Position numbers and translations under genes: made by a program. From contig JAEOTZ010000037.1 of NCBI GenBank assembly GCA_016839585.1, positions 1 to 27,019 of the forward strand: 27,019 nt of DNA, read 5' to 3'. The DNA is from Promethearchaeota archaeon. GTDB lineage: Archaea; Asgardarchaeota; Lokiarchaeia; Sigyniarchaeales; SOKP01. Shown in pieces: positions 9,099 through 17,684 of this stretch. Numbering within the stretch: position 1 is the first letter of the stretch; every line of letters starts with the position of its first letter. The notes under the pieces were generated by a model that was not told the origin of the DNA, searched no databases, and was given only the letters and a program-made list of their open reading frames with translations.

Positions 9099-9944
9099 TT
9101 AATCTTTATCTAAATAAGTAGTCCATTCTGCTTTTAAAACAAAATATTGATCAATCGCATCTCTCATAGTTTTTCGGCAAATCTCTATTTCTTTTATAGG
9201 TGGTGGATCAATTTGTTTCACTTCTTCAGCAATTTTTAAATCCCAGCCAGTATTTTCTTTAACTTGTTCTATTGTAATATTTGGATGTAGAACCTCCAGA
9301 AAGGCTTCTTTGGTTATCGTGTCGAATCGCATTATACAGAAAGGCGTGATTATAGAATCTGGACCTGTATCAGGAGGATATCCCGCTTTTAATCTACTAT
9401 CATATCCATCTAAATATCCAGGATCAGTAATATAGTCTAGTTTTTTGGCAAGTCTGCCTTTTGAGTGGTCATCTATAAGCCAAATCAATCTTTTTGTTAA
9501 ACCCGCGATTTCGGTAGCTCCACCCCCTCCTGGTAATCTATAAATGGGTTTTTCATAAGGACCGATTACAGTAGTATTACAATTACCATATTTATCTACC
9601 ATAGAAGTACTTAAAAGAGCTACTGTTATTTCTCCACGTTGAAGAATCGACAGTGCATCAATAGAATCTCCTACGAATAATGAATTTGGGACTAGAACGG
9701 GATCACTAATCGAGTATGGCATTTTATTAGGCTTAGCAAGTTCATCCTGAAATAATCCAACTTCTAAAACTGAGAAAAGATCGGGGCAATGAAGTAATTT
9801 TGCCATATGGACGGCGAGAAAAGGCCAATGAAAAGCATTAAATACAATATCATCATTTTTAATTTGTCTGCACGCCGATACCAACATCATTTCAAAACCG
9901 GTATATTCTGTACAAAACTCTCTATCATTAGAACCCATAATCAA
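9099..9944 (-). CDS. gctB: Family I CoA-transferase beta subunit (glutaconate CoA-transferase-like)
   Basis: VDKYGNCNTTVIGPY, RLPGGGGA, LDYITDPGY and VKENTGWDL motifs. Confidence 0.88.
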   Translation of the reverse strand: MIMGSNDREFCTEYTGFEMMLVSACRQIKNDDIVFNAFHWPFLAVHMAKLLHCPDLFSVLEVGLFQDELAKPNKMPYSISDPVLVPNSLFVGDSIDALSILQRGEITVALLSTSMVDKYGNCNTTVIGPYEKPIYRLPGGGGATEIAGLTKRLIWLIDDHSKGRLAKKLDYITDPGYLDGYDSRLKAGYPPDTGPDSIITPFCIMRFDTITKEAFLEVLHPNITIEQVKENTGWDLKIAEEVKQIDPPPIKEIEICRKTMRDAIDQYFVLKAEWTTYLDKD

Positions 9945-10863
9945 CAGCTCCTTGTATTAGACTATTAGCTTTTAGAAATTTTATTTTTTCCTCTCCCAGC
10001 ACTTTCAAGTATTCCTGTCGATCATTGACCCCAGTAATCCATTTTTCAAGCCAATTTTCCCAATCTTCAATTGTCTTTGTCTCCTTAGCATAATTAAATC
10101 TATATTCTAAGTCTGTATAGTAAAAACCTTGCACACTGCTAGGATGGGCTCCCCATGGTTCATGCACTACGGCATCAACTTTATGGGCACCTACAATTGT
10201 ACGCTCAGGAGACTCCATAATAATCTTTTTATCCACAATTTCCTCTGCTGCTACGATAATTTTTTTGCAGGCATTAATTCCATATTTAGTATCTCCTATT
10301 AGACCCCACATTTGGGCATTTCCTTCGCTATCTGCCCGTTGAACCTGAATCACTCCTACGTCAGGATTCATCGCAGGTACAACACAAATCTCTTCTCCAG
10401 TAAATGGACATTCCACTGTTGCGGCTTTTAATCCAACTTCTTTTGGATGATCAAAAATACCAGTTCCAACAATCGAACGAATTGGTACAAAAGGTATACC
10501 CATGTAGCCAGCAAAAAAAGACATGTTAATCATAAATAGCGATTGTTCATTGTAAATTATTTTTTGAGGTATTTCTTCCTCCATAGCTCTCTTAAGATTC
10601 CATGCTGGCTGTGGACCTGTGCCATTCCAACAATGGGATGTAATAATATGGTTCGTTACACCCGCACCTATCAATTGATCAAAGAGGATTCCTCCACCGC
10701 ATTTACTCACTTTTAGGTCCCTTTTCTTTTGTCTTATCATTTCATGAGCTGCGGAAAATGTCATCCCATTACCAAACCCCCCTAAAAAAATTAAATCTCC
10801 ATTTTTGACATTTTTTCCTATTGCCTCTTTCATAGACATTATTTTGGTAGTAATTTTACTCAC
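9928..10863 (-). CDS. gctA: Family I CoA-transferase alpha subunit (glutaconate CoA-transferase-like)
   Basis: HEMIRQ, DQLIGAG, CPFTGE, VQRADSEGNAQ, AEEIV and EPWGAHPS motifs; overlaps the beta subunit gene. Confidence 0.88.
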   Translation of the reverse strand: MSKITTKIMSMKEAIGKNVKNGDLIFLGGFGNGMTFSAAHEMIRQKKRDLKVSKCGGGILFDQLIGAGVTNHIITSHCWNGTGPQPAWNLKRAMEEEIPQKIIYNEQSLFMINMSFFAGYMGIPFVPIRSIVGTGIFDHPKEVGLKAATVECPFTGEEICVVPAMNPDVGVIQVQRADSEGNAQMWGLIGDTKYGINACKKIIVAAEEIVDKKIIMESPERTIVGAHKVDAVVHEPWGAHPSSVQGFYYTDLEYRFNYAKETKTIEDWENWLEKWITGVNDRQEYLKVLGEEKIKFLKANSLIQGAVDYGF

Positions 10864-11105
10864 CTCTACAGAAACTTAAAAGCTATAATAAGATTAGATA
10901 TTATATACTTAACTTTTAGACCATTTATAAATTTATAGATTTAGCTGAGATGCTCGAAAACCAAATTAAATTGAAAAGTTTATAAAGAAAATCACCTGTT
11001 TAAAACAATTTATTCCAAAATCGATCAAGATCAAAAAATTTAAGAGAAATTCAATTATTTTTCGTTGGACATTATTCTAAACTATTTGAAGAAATTTCTC
11101 AAAAG

Positions 11106-11211
11106 TAATGGAGAGTAAGAATAAGTTAACACGCTTAATCCTTAGATATGCTAGCGAAAAACTCCCAAAAGAAAAAAGATCAGCAATTTTAAGGAAATAA
11201 ACTTTATATGA
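11106..11211 (+). repeat. 106-bp direct repeat, copy 2 (orphan 3' fragment of the AlkD-like gene)
   Basis: Encodes MESKNKLTRLILRYASEKLPKEKRSAILRK*; ~94% identical to 6940-7045. Confidence 0.92.
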
Positions 11212-11263
11212 AAAAAAGTTCTAATTTTTTATAGGTGCGAACAGTATTTTTCCAGAATATTTC

Positions 11264-11776
11264 TTGAGAATTTACATTCTCGCAGATGAGGGAGTAGGAA
11301 AGCATACTTTATTAAGAGATCAAATCAAGTGTGATAAATTATTTGAAGAGGATCATATGGGAACAGTAGGGGTTCAAATTGAGTCAAAAGACATAATAAT
11401 TAATAAAAAATCGATAAAACTTAGTTTTTTTATGTTAGGGATGAAAGATTATTTTAGCCCATTTTATCGCGCATATTGTCAAGGAGCTGATAGTGCGATA
11501 ATAATGTATGATATTACAAACTCTGAGACTTTAGAGAGAGTTTCTGAATGGATTCAATTGCTAAGAAAAAACTCTGGGGATATTCCCATAATTTTGGTAG
11601 GAAATAAGGTAGATTTAAAAAGCAGAGAAATAACAACCGAGGAAGCAATGAAAATTAAGGATAAATTCAGTTTATCAGGATTTTTTGAAATTTCAGTAAA
11701 AACAGGTGTAAATGTCGAGGAAATGTTCAGAGAAGTAGTACAACTGACATTAAGCAATCGAGGAATAGTTCCTTAA
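11264..11776 (+). CDS. Rab/Ras-like small GTPase with degenerate G1 and G3 motifs
   Basis: ADEGVGKH (G1-like), TVGV (G2), GADSAIIMYDIT, IPIILVGNKVDL (G4) and EISVKTGVNVEEMF (G5). Confidence 0.85.
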   Translation: MRIYILADEGVGKHTLLRDQIKCDKLFEEDHMGTVGVQIESKDIIINKKSIKLSFFMLGMKDYFSPFYRAYCQGADSAIIMYDITNSETLERVSEWIQLLRKNSGDIPIILVGNKVDLKSREITTEEAMKIKDKFSLSGFFEISVKTGVNVEEMFREVVQLTLSNRGIVP

Positions 11777-11914
11777 AGTACCTAATGTATGTTTGAAGTA
11801 TGAAAATGAATAAAACAAAAAGAAAAAGCAAAAAAAGAATTTTTATTATTTCATACATTTTAATTGGAATTGAATCAATTTTTCTTTTTTTTACTCTAAT
11901 AATGCGGAATCAAA

Positions 11915-12925
11915 ATGAGCTATAAAAATAATACAATAGATGTATATAGGGATTTAAGACGAGAAGGTGCGAAATCTATCCTTCCTTACGCCCTAGGATT
12001 TTTAGTAGCACTAGTTATTTGGTTGATCTGGCTTTCTCTTCAATATGAAGTTGATGATGAGATAGATGCAGATCTTATTATCAGCATATTTTTTTTAATA
12101 ATTCTTCTTGTAGAAATTCCTATTGCTGTAATTAAAATCTATTTGACATATAGAAATAAAGTAGTTAAAATGAGACCTAAAAGCGCTTATAAATTAGAAA
12201 ATATCAATGATTTTCTAATAGCACAAGAACAATATAGAAGTGGCAATTATGAGTATGAAACCATTAAATCTGAAGAAGACATTATTAAAGCTCACAAAAT
12301 TGGGAAGAAAATTGTTTTCACGGCAAGAAAGACTGAAGAAAAAGTATTAATGTGGATAGGAAGTATATTTTTGATTTTTGGATTAATTATAAGCATAATC
12401 TCTTCTACAATGATTAGCAATATTCAATATAAAATTATTACTTTTATAGAAACACTTATAATCGTGAATTCCGTTTTTGGTTGTATCGGAGCTATATTTT
12501 TGCTTCCAAACTTTATTAAATTAAAAAGACTTCCAAGATCGTTTTTTGTGTTAGATAGACAAGGTATAGTATATAGAAGAATTTTGGGAGGCATAATGGC
12601 ATATTCATGGAAGGAGTTAGACCTAAAAATATTATCAGTTAAAACAATTATGAGAACTCTACTTGTTCTTAAAACGGAATTTCCTCAATCAGTTGAAATT
12701 CACGTGATATTACCTAATGGATCTGCTTTAAAATTTGATCCAGAAAAGTATCATCTTGATGAAATCCTATCCTTTGAAAAATTACTACAAGATCTTAATA
12801 GTAATTCAGAACTTAGTAAATCTCAGAAATATTTGATAGCAAAAGAAAAAAGAAATCAAACCCTGCATTTGGTTAGTATGACATTCAAATATTACTTCGA
12901 TTACGGCAAAACTCTTAAAATTTAA
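11915..12925 (+). CDS. Hypothetical membrane protein (about 4 TM) with a C-terminal PH-like segment
   Basis: 336-aa ORF with hydrophobic segments, then FVLDRQGIVYRR...YSWKEL. Confidence 0.75.
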   Translation: MSYKNNTIDVYRDLRREGAKSILPYALGFLVALVIWLIWLSLQYEVDDEIDADLIISIFFLIILLVEIPIAVIKIYLTYRNKVVKMRPKSAYKLENINDFLIAQEQYRSGNYEYETIKSEEDIIKAHKIGKKIVFTARKTEEKVLMWIGSIFLIFGLIISIISSTMISNIQYKIITFIETLIIVNSVFGCIGAIFLLPNFIKLKRLPRSFFVLDRQGIVYRRILGGIMAYSWKELDLKILSVKTIMRTLLVLKTEFPQSVEIHVILPNGSALKFDPEKYHLDEILSFEKLLQDLNSNSELSKSQKYLIAKEKRNQTLHLVSMTFKYYFDYGKTLKI

Positions 12926-12974
12926 GAAAAGACTATGTTCCCTGAGCATTTCTTTAGAGTTTAGATTCGTGCTT

Positions 12975-13022
12975 TCAATTCTAAATTACAGGTCCCATTG
13001 TACATCCTGGCTTAATAAAAAC
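12975..13022 (-). repeat. Cys-rich small-ORF repeat unit, degenerate 3' fragment (copy D)
   Basis: tcaattctaaattacaggtcccattgtacatcctggcttaataaaaac matches the corresponding ends of the copies at 14534 and 19526. Confidence 0.85.
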
Positions 13023-13148
13023 TTAACTTCTTTCCATAGTAGGTCTGTCACCTTTCAAATATTTTAATTACTCACCTCGTATTTGATTTCTTAGAAATAA
13101 AACTCCAAATTAATAGATATAAACTTTATATAAAAGAAAGTGATTGTC

Positions 13149-13348
13149 TTGAAAATAAAAGGAGAAACAACATTTTTTGGTGAAAAAATCAACACCCCCG
13201 AAGAATTCATTGAAGACCTATGCGAGAGAATCAACACCGTGTATGTACAGTAATGGAAGAAGATGACAAAATGCACCAACTAGCATACTTAATGGGATTT
13301 CTAACCGCCCTTAAAGGAAGACTAAATCGCGTATGTGAAAATTTATGA
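13149..13348 (+). pseudogene. Small helical protein gene (~66 aa) with a 1-nt frameshift
   Basis: TTG start gives MKIKGETTFFGEKINTPEEFIEDLCERINTVY; after a shift near 13245 it reads TVMEEDDKMHQLAYLMGFLTALKGRLNRVCENL*. A TTTATATA box lies upstream. This reads more like protein than the antisense 62-aa ORF. Confidence 0.6.
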
Positions 13349-13394
13349 ATTTCTCTATTTTGTATTTTTTATTCTTATTTTTCATTTCATTCCT

Positions 13395-13883
13395 TTAATT
13401 CCTTGATTTTAATTGTTCTTTCTTCTTAGCTCTTGAGGTTTTTAAAAAAGCGATTCCTAACCCTACTTCCATAATACCTCCTCCACATGGTCCAACAAGT
13501 CCAATTCCCGGATTTAAGTTATTCCAAATCCCATTGGGGTATAAATTATGATATGTATATTGGTTTAACAACACTAAAAAAACAATTATACCAGCAATGA
13601 TTACAATTCCATAACTTACACACAATTTCCCTATTTTTGTATCATCAATTTGATCTCTTCTATAATAATTTCCTGTTCTTATTAGCATTAATGAAGATAT
13701 AGCAATTATTATCGTTAATAAAATTCCAATCAAAAGAATTATAATATTATCAATAAGTTTGATGGTATTATCTAATCCTCTGTCATATATCAATCCACAT
13801 AACCAAATGCTAAAATTACTATATCTATCAAAGTAAGCTACTGGTACAAAAAGACATATTATGATAAGAACTCCAGTTAACAT
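13395..13883 (-). CDS. Hypothetical membrane protein (about 4 TM)
   Basis: 162-aa ORF with several hydrophobic helices and a basic C-terminus. Confidence 0.7.
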   Translation of the reverse strand: MLTGVLIIICLFVPVAYFDRYSNFSIWLCGLIYDRGLDNTIKLIDNIIILLIGILLTIIIAISSLMLIRTGNYYRRDQIDDTKIGKLCVSYGIVIIAGIIVFLVLLNQYTYHNLYPNGIWNNLNPGIGLVGPCGGGIMEVGLGIAFLKTSRAKKKEQLKSRN

Positions 13884-13958
13884 AACTGATAACCAATTAT
13901 ATTTAGCCCAAGCAACAATAATGAACCACCATTATATTTAATAACAAATTTCTAAATC

Positions 13959-14543
13959 CTATTTTATAGAACTTATTTTCTCTAATATATCAATATCCTT
14001 TGGGACAATGGGAATTCTAATTTCAATTTCTTCCGGATTGTTTCTCAAATGCATTGGTTTTTTTAAAAGTACTTTTATAAGATAATAATCCTTCCTTTCT
14101 AATGATTGTATGCTCTCAATATTTTCTAATGGTATAAAATAGAATTTACCAGAAATCTTCATAATCATCTGCCTATTTGTGAAGATATATTTAGATTTGT
14201 TTAATTTTATTTTGGATAATAAAATTGGAGAAAATATTCCACAAAAAAATAGAAATATTAATGATATAACAATACTAAAGATAAAAAAACCTTCCGAAAT
14301 GAAAAATGATTCTCTCATTCCGAGATATATCAATTCTAAGAAGAATCCTATCACTATACATATCCCTAAAATAATAAACATGAATATTTTAATTAAACTA
14401 AATTTTGGGGAATAATCTATTAACACACTCTCTTCTTTGTTTAAAAAATCTTTAACCTCTTTAGCATTTCTATCTAATATTTTACTTTTATTGATGAACC
14501 CCCATATCATAACATTACACCTAAACAACTCACTCAATTCCAA
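13959..14543 (-). CDS. Hypothetical membrane protein, 2 TM plus PH-like domain; start uncertain
   Basis: TM hairpin followed by YIFTNRQMIM...FIPLENIESI. Confidence 0.7.
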   Translation of the reverse strand: MELSELFRCNVMIWGFINKSKILDRNAKEVKDFLNKEESVLIDYSPKFSLIKIFMFIILGICIVIGFFLELIYLGMRESFFISEGFFIFSIVISLIFLFFCGIFSPILLSKIKLNKSKYIFTNRQMIMKISGKFYFIPLENIESIQSLERKDYYLIKVLLKKPMHLRNNPEEIEIRIPIVPKDIDILEKISSIK

Positions 14544-14725
14544 ATTACAGGTCTTGTTGTACGTCCTGGCTTAATAAAAACATTTTTGACCTTTCTTACT
14601 ACTCGAAGCCATCTACATCCTTGACATCTCTGAACTGAGACATTCTCATTTAATTTATTCGATCTAACACAAACTCTACCTTGACAAACTAAATGACAAC
14701 AATGTATTTCACTCATCTTCTCCAT
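14534..14725 (-). CDS. 63-aa Cys-rich basic protein (possible Zn-binding), intact copy of the repeated unit
   Basis: MEKMSEIHCCHLVCQGRVCVRS...RCQGCRWL...IKPGRTTRPVIWN. The second copy differs without indels and with several conservative substitutions (V/I, R/K, V/L), consistent with coding constraint. Confidence 0.65.
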   Translation of the reverse strand: MEKMSEIHCCHLVCQGRVCVRSNKLNENVSVQRCQGCRWLRVVRKVKNVFIKPGRTTRPVIWN

Positions 14726-14757
14726 AAATAATATATCATCATTCCTTTTAATTTTTA
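14534..14757 (-). repeat. 224-bp repeat unit, copy A (putative promoter + Cys-rich ORF)
   Basis: Aligns without gaps to 19526-19749 with about 22 mismatches (~90% identity). Confidence 0.92.
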
Positions 14758-14948
14758 CAATTTGAGGATAAGATTAACTTTTTAGATACTTAATATTCCC
14801 ACCTCAACATCAAATTCCCTACTTTCCCCACTTTCAAAAAATTTTTTAAGTTATAAACAAGCAACATTTTCAAATTTAAAGAATAAATCTTGATTTTTAA
14901 AATAAAAAATGAAATTGATATATAAATAAAAAATATTTAGTTATAGTT

Positions 14949-15386
14949 ATGGAGCCAAGGAAAAAAAGACGTTTACCCTTTTATATAATTAGTACAATTA
15001 TATTTTTTTTTCTCTTGTTTAACATATATTGGACACTTACGTTAGATAAAGAGTCACCTCTTAGGCAAACAATATTTTTGATTGATGGGAATCTAATGTT
15101 TTCTCTTTTTATAACAGGGCTTGTTGGTTATGTTATAGATAAGAAATTCGAGGCCTCTGATAAGGACAGTGAAGAAAAGAGAAAAATATTTAGAGAATTT
15201 TCAAAATATGAAAAAATTAGCACAATACTAACCATTTTTGGTTGTATTATTATGTCAGTGTCAATTTTAATCGGAGAATATTTATTACTTTCATTAGGTT
15301 CAAATATTTTTACAGATGTTTTTATTATTTTGGAATATGTAGGAATCGGTTTATTATTAATAGGAAGTATTCTAATTTTAAAATAA
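14949..15386 (+). CDS. Hypothetical membrane protein (4 TM)
   Basis: 145-aa ORF with two TM hairpins joined by a charged loop. Confidence 0.7.
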   Translation: MEPRKKRRLPFYIISTIIFFFLLFNIYWTLTLDKESPLRQTIFLIDGNLMFSLFITGLVGYVIDKKFEASDKDSEEKRKIFREFSKYEKISTILTIFGCIIMSVSILIGEYLLLSLGSNIFTDVFIILEYVGIGLLLIGSILILK

Positions 15387-15456
15387 TATTTGTGTTATTA
15401 ACTGGGAATAGTGTATCACAATTTTATTGAGAAATTGGGTAAAAATCAATTACTAG

Positions 15457-16356
15457 TTATTTTATTAATTTGTTTTTAGGAAATCTTTTTGATAATTTCT
15501 TCTCTCTGGCATCTCGTATTGATTCACTTATCATTGGAAATAAAACTATGGATAAAACAGAAGAGCTGATTGTTATTAATATAAATGTGAATATAAAAAT
15601 GGAATAAATATCATCAAATGTTGTTATAGATATGAGAAACATGACAAGTGATAACAATATCAGAATTAGTACATAAATTAAACAAAAATCTATACCTTTT
15701 TTATAATCATTTCTATTTAATTTTATTAATTCATAATCGGGAATCTCGTTTTTTTCAAAAATATTTCCATTACTAAATTCATTTTCTATTATTTGAATTA
15801 TGCAATTTTGTATTAAATTGTTATAACTAATATTAATTGTTAATTTTCCTATATCGCAATCAATAATTTCATTATTTTTACAGGTCGATAAATATAGTTC
15901 ATTATAAATAGAAGATTTTCTGATATTGATATCAGAACATGATATTAGATCTAAGAAACTAATTTTACATACTTCAATTGTTATATTTTGGCATTTATAC
16001 AAAATTACTGAACTAAGGGTACATTTTCGAATAGTGATATGAGATTTTAGTTTTTTCAATTTAAACGGTTCTGGGAAATGTTCTATAGATTCAATAATAA
16101 TTGGATTATCAATACTTCCTTCTCCTCTAAATTCAGATAAATTATATGTATCTTTCTGTTTAAATACCATAAAAAAAGATATCACGATTGAAAATATCCC
16201 AAACCATAGAGAAATTAAACCTAACCAAATAGGGATTATGATTAAGAATTTATACACATTACTTAATAATAAAAAAATAACAAATAATATCACTAAAAAG
16301 CCCTCAATAATTATTAGTGAGTTTGTTAAGTTAAATTTAGGATATCTTCTTTTCAT
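15457..16356 (-). CDS. Membrane protein with a right-handed beta-helix (NosD-like) domain
   Basis: Two TM at each end; GEGSIDNPIII motif followed by repeated C-x-N-I-x-I-x-x-C units. Confidence 0.72.
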   Translation of the reverse strand: MKRRYPKFNLTNSLIIIEGFLVILFVIFLLLSNVYKFLIIIPIWLGLISLWFGIFSIVISFFMVFKQKDTYNLSEFRGEGSIDNPIIIESIEHFPEPFKLKKLKSHITIRKCTLSSVILYKCQNITIEVCKISFLDLISCSDINIRKSSIYNELYLSTCKNNEIIDCDIGKLTINISYNNLIQNCIIQIIENEFSNGNIFEKNEIPDYELIKLNRNDYKKGIDFCLIYVLILILLSLVMFLISITTFDDIYSIFIFTFILITISSSVLSIVLFPMISESIRDAREKKLSKRFPKNKLIK

Positions 16357-16438
16357 TTATGCAGTCTCAACCACCTGACTCTTTTAAAAATCTAAAGTTT
16401 ATATCTTTTGTCAAAATTGATTGGTCCTTTTAATACTT

Positions 16439-17221
16439 TTATAAAATTTCGTACCCTCTTTTATAAGTATATGGATTTCTTTTTGCCTTTATATATGTTA
16501 TTATACTCCAAATATTGCCAATAACCCAAATAGCTATTATAAATAATAAAGATATTAATAATCCAAAAATATTACTTTCTTCTAATTCGATATATAATAA
16601 AATAAAAGATGTAGCTAGCCATAAACATGTGATATTAATTAAAATAACTGTTTTTTTAAAATGCACTTTAAATATTAATTTTTTATCTAAGAATTCTGAG
16701 ATTAAAGTTCCTAGGCGATCAAACCCTCCAATAATTGATTCCCTATAGATTTTAATCTTTTTCTTATTTTTTAAAATAAACGATAGATAATGCGGATTGC
16801 CAGTTAAATGTACCTCCTCACTAACATGTAATATATATTCAATCTCATTCATATTAATATGCTTAATTTGATTTCTTTTTTTTGATTTTTTTTGCTTTGT
16901 AATAATATTGGTTTCTCTATCAATATACCATTCTATAGGTTTACGATTAGATAGATAATAAGAGAAATCATTCAAAAATGCACCTAAGAACAATATTGAA
17001 ATAGAGGAAAAAAATATAGTGCTTGCAAAAGGATTATTAAAATAGTTCTGGATTAATAATATAATTAAAGTTATTAAAGTTATTAAAAATAAAGAAAAAC
17101 AACAGAATGGTATTTTTAAACCTGAATACTTATCGTTGGATTTATCAATTTGGATTCTAAGAATATTATCATCTTGCAATACAGAACAATTGGAATTTAT
17201 TCTTATCTTATTATCTTTCAT
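16439..17221 (-). CDS. Hypothetical membrane protein, TM hairpin + PH-like segment + TM hairpin
   Basis: 260-aa ORF with WYIDRETNIIT...INMNEIEYI between hydrophobic pairs. Confidence 0.7.
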   Translation of the reverse strand: MKDNKIRINSNCSVLQDDNILRIQIDKSNDKYSGLKIPFCCFSLFLITLITLIILLIQNYFNNPFASTIFFSSISILFLGAFLNDFSYYLSNRKPIEWYIDRETNIITKQKKSKKRNQIKHINMNEIEYILHVSEEVHLTGNPHYLSFILKNKKKIKIYRESIIGGFDRLGTLISEFLDKKLIFKVHFKKTVILINITCLWLATSFILLYIELEESNIFGLLISLLFIIAIWVIGNIWSIITYIKAKRNPYTYKRGYEIL

Positions 17222-17261
17222 ACTTTTATTATAACTTGATTTAATCCTTCAATCATAAACT

Positions 17262-17336
17262 CAATGTATTTCACTCATCTTCTCCATAAATAATAAATTA
17301 TCATTCCTTTTAATTTTTAATTGATACAATCGAAGA
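17262..17336 (-). repeat. Repeat unit copy C (promoter and first 8 codons only)
   Basis: caatgtatttcactcatcttctccataaataataaattatcattccttttaatttttaattgata..atcgaaga matches 14700-14757 and 19692-19764. Confidence 0.88.
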
Positions 17337-17485
17337 AAAATATAATCAAAGAAGAACTTCTTCCAAATAATTAATTTTTTTCATATTAAGGACTAAAAAG
17401 ATTTTTATGAGATTCTATACTTTAATCTCTATCTTATTAAGGATTAAATTTTATATTTAATTTAAAAATAAGATAAAACACCAGT

Positions 17486-17675
17486 GCCAAGGTATGGCCA
17501 AAGCCATTGTGCGGTAAAGGTGGCGTAGCAGATTTTCATTTTCTGAAGATCCGCGAAACCCGGGAAGGTATTAATTGAAAATTATTGCCCCTAACGCACT
17601 AGACTGAAGTGTAGAGTTTCATTCAAACCGTTCTCAGTTATCTAGGTATCGAGGGTTCAAATCCCTCCCTTGGCA
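17486..17675 (+). tRNA. tRNA-Phe: tRNA-Phe(GAA) containing four predicted introns
   Basis: Exons 17486-17490, 17519-17528, 17559-17566, 17595-17609 and 17640-17675 join to GCCAAGG TG GCGT AGCCCGGGA ACGC A CTAGA CTGAAGA TCTAG GTATC GAGGG TTCAAAT CCCTC CCTTGGC A (74 nt). All four stems pair perfectly, and U8, A14, G15-C48, G18G19, U33 and TTC are present. CCA is not encoded. Confidence 0.92.
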
Positions 17676-17684
17676 ATTGATGAA

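Noticed and set aside
10950-11105. Possible gene remnant upstream of the duplicated alkD fragment
   Set aside because: It has coding-like composition but is interrupted and has no identifiable motif, so it cannot be supported as a feature.
11861-11875. taattggaattgaat resembling the end of the Cys-rich repeat unit in inverted orientation
   Set aside because: Only ~15 AT-rich bases with a gap, so likely chance; the context looks like a membrane-gene remnant.
17599-17645. Reading the anticodon as TGA (tRNA-Ser)
   Set aside because: The stem CTAGA/TCTAG places C32-U33 before GAA, the variable loop is only 5 nt, and the BHB geometry fits a 37/38 intron with anticodon GAA.
17646-17675. tRNA 3' end as the att site of an integrated virus or island
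   Set aside because: I found no second copy of the tRNA 3' end and no integrase in the window; a partner site outside the window cannot be excluded.
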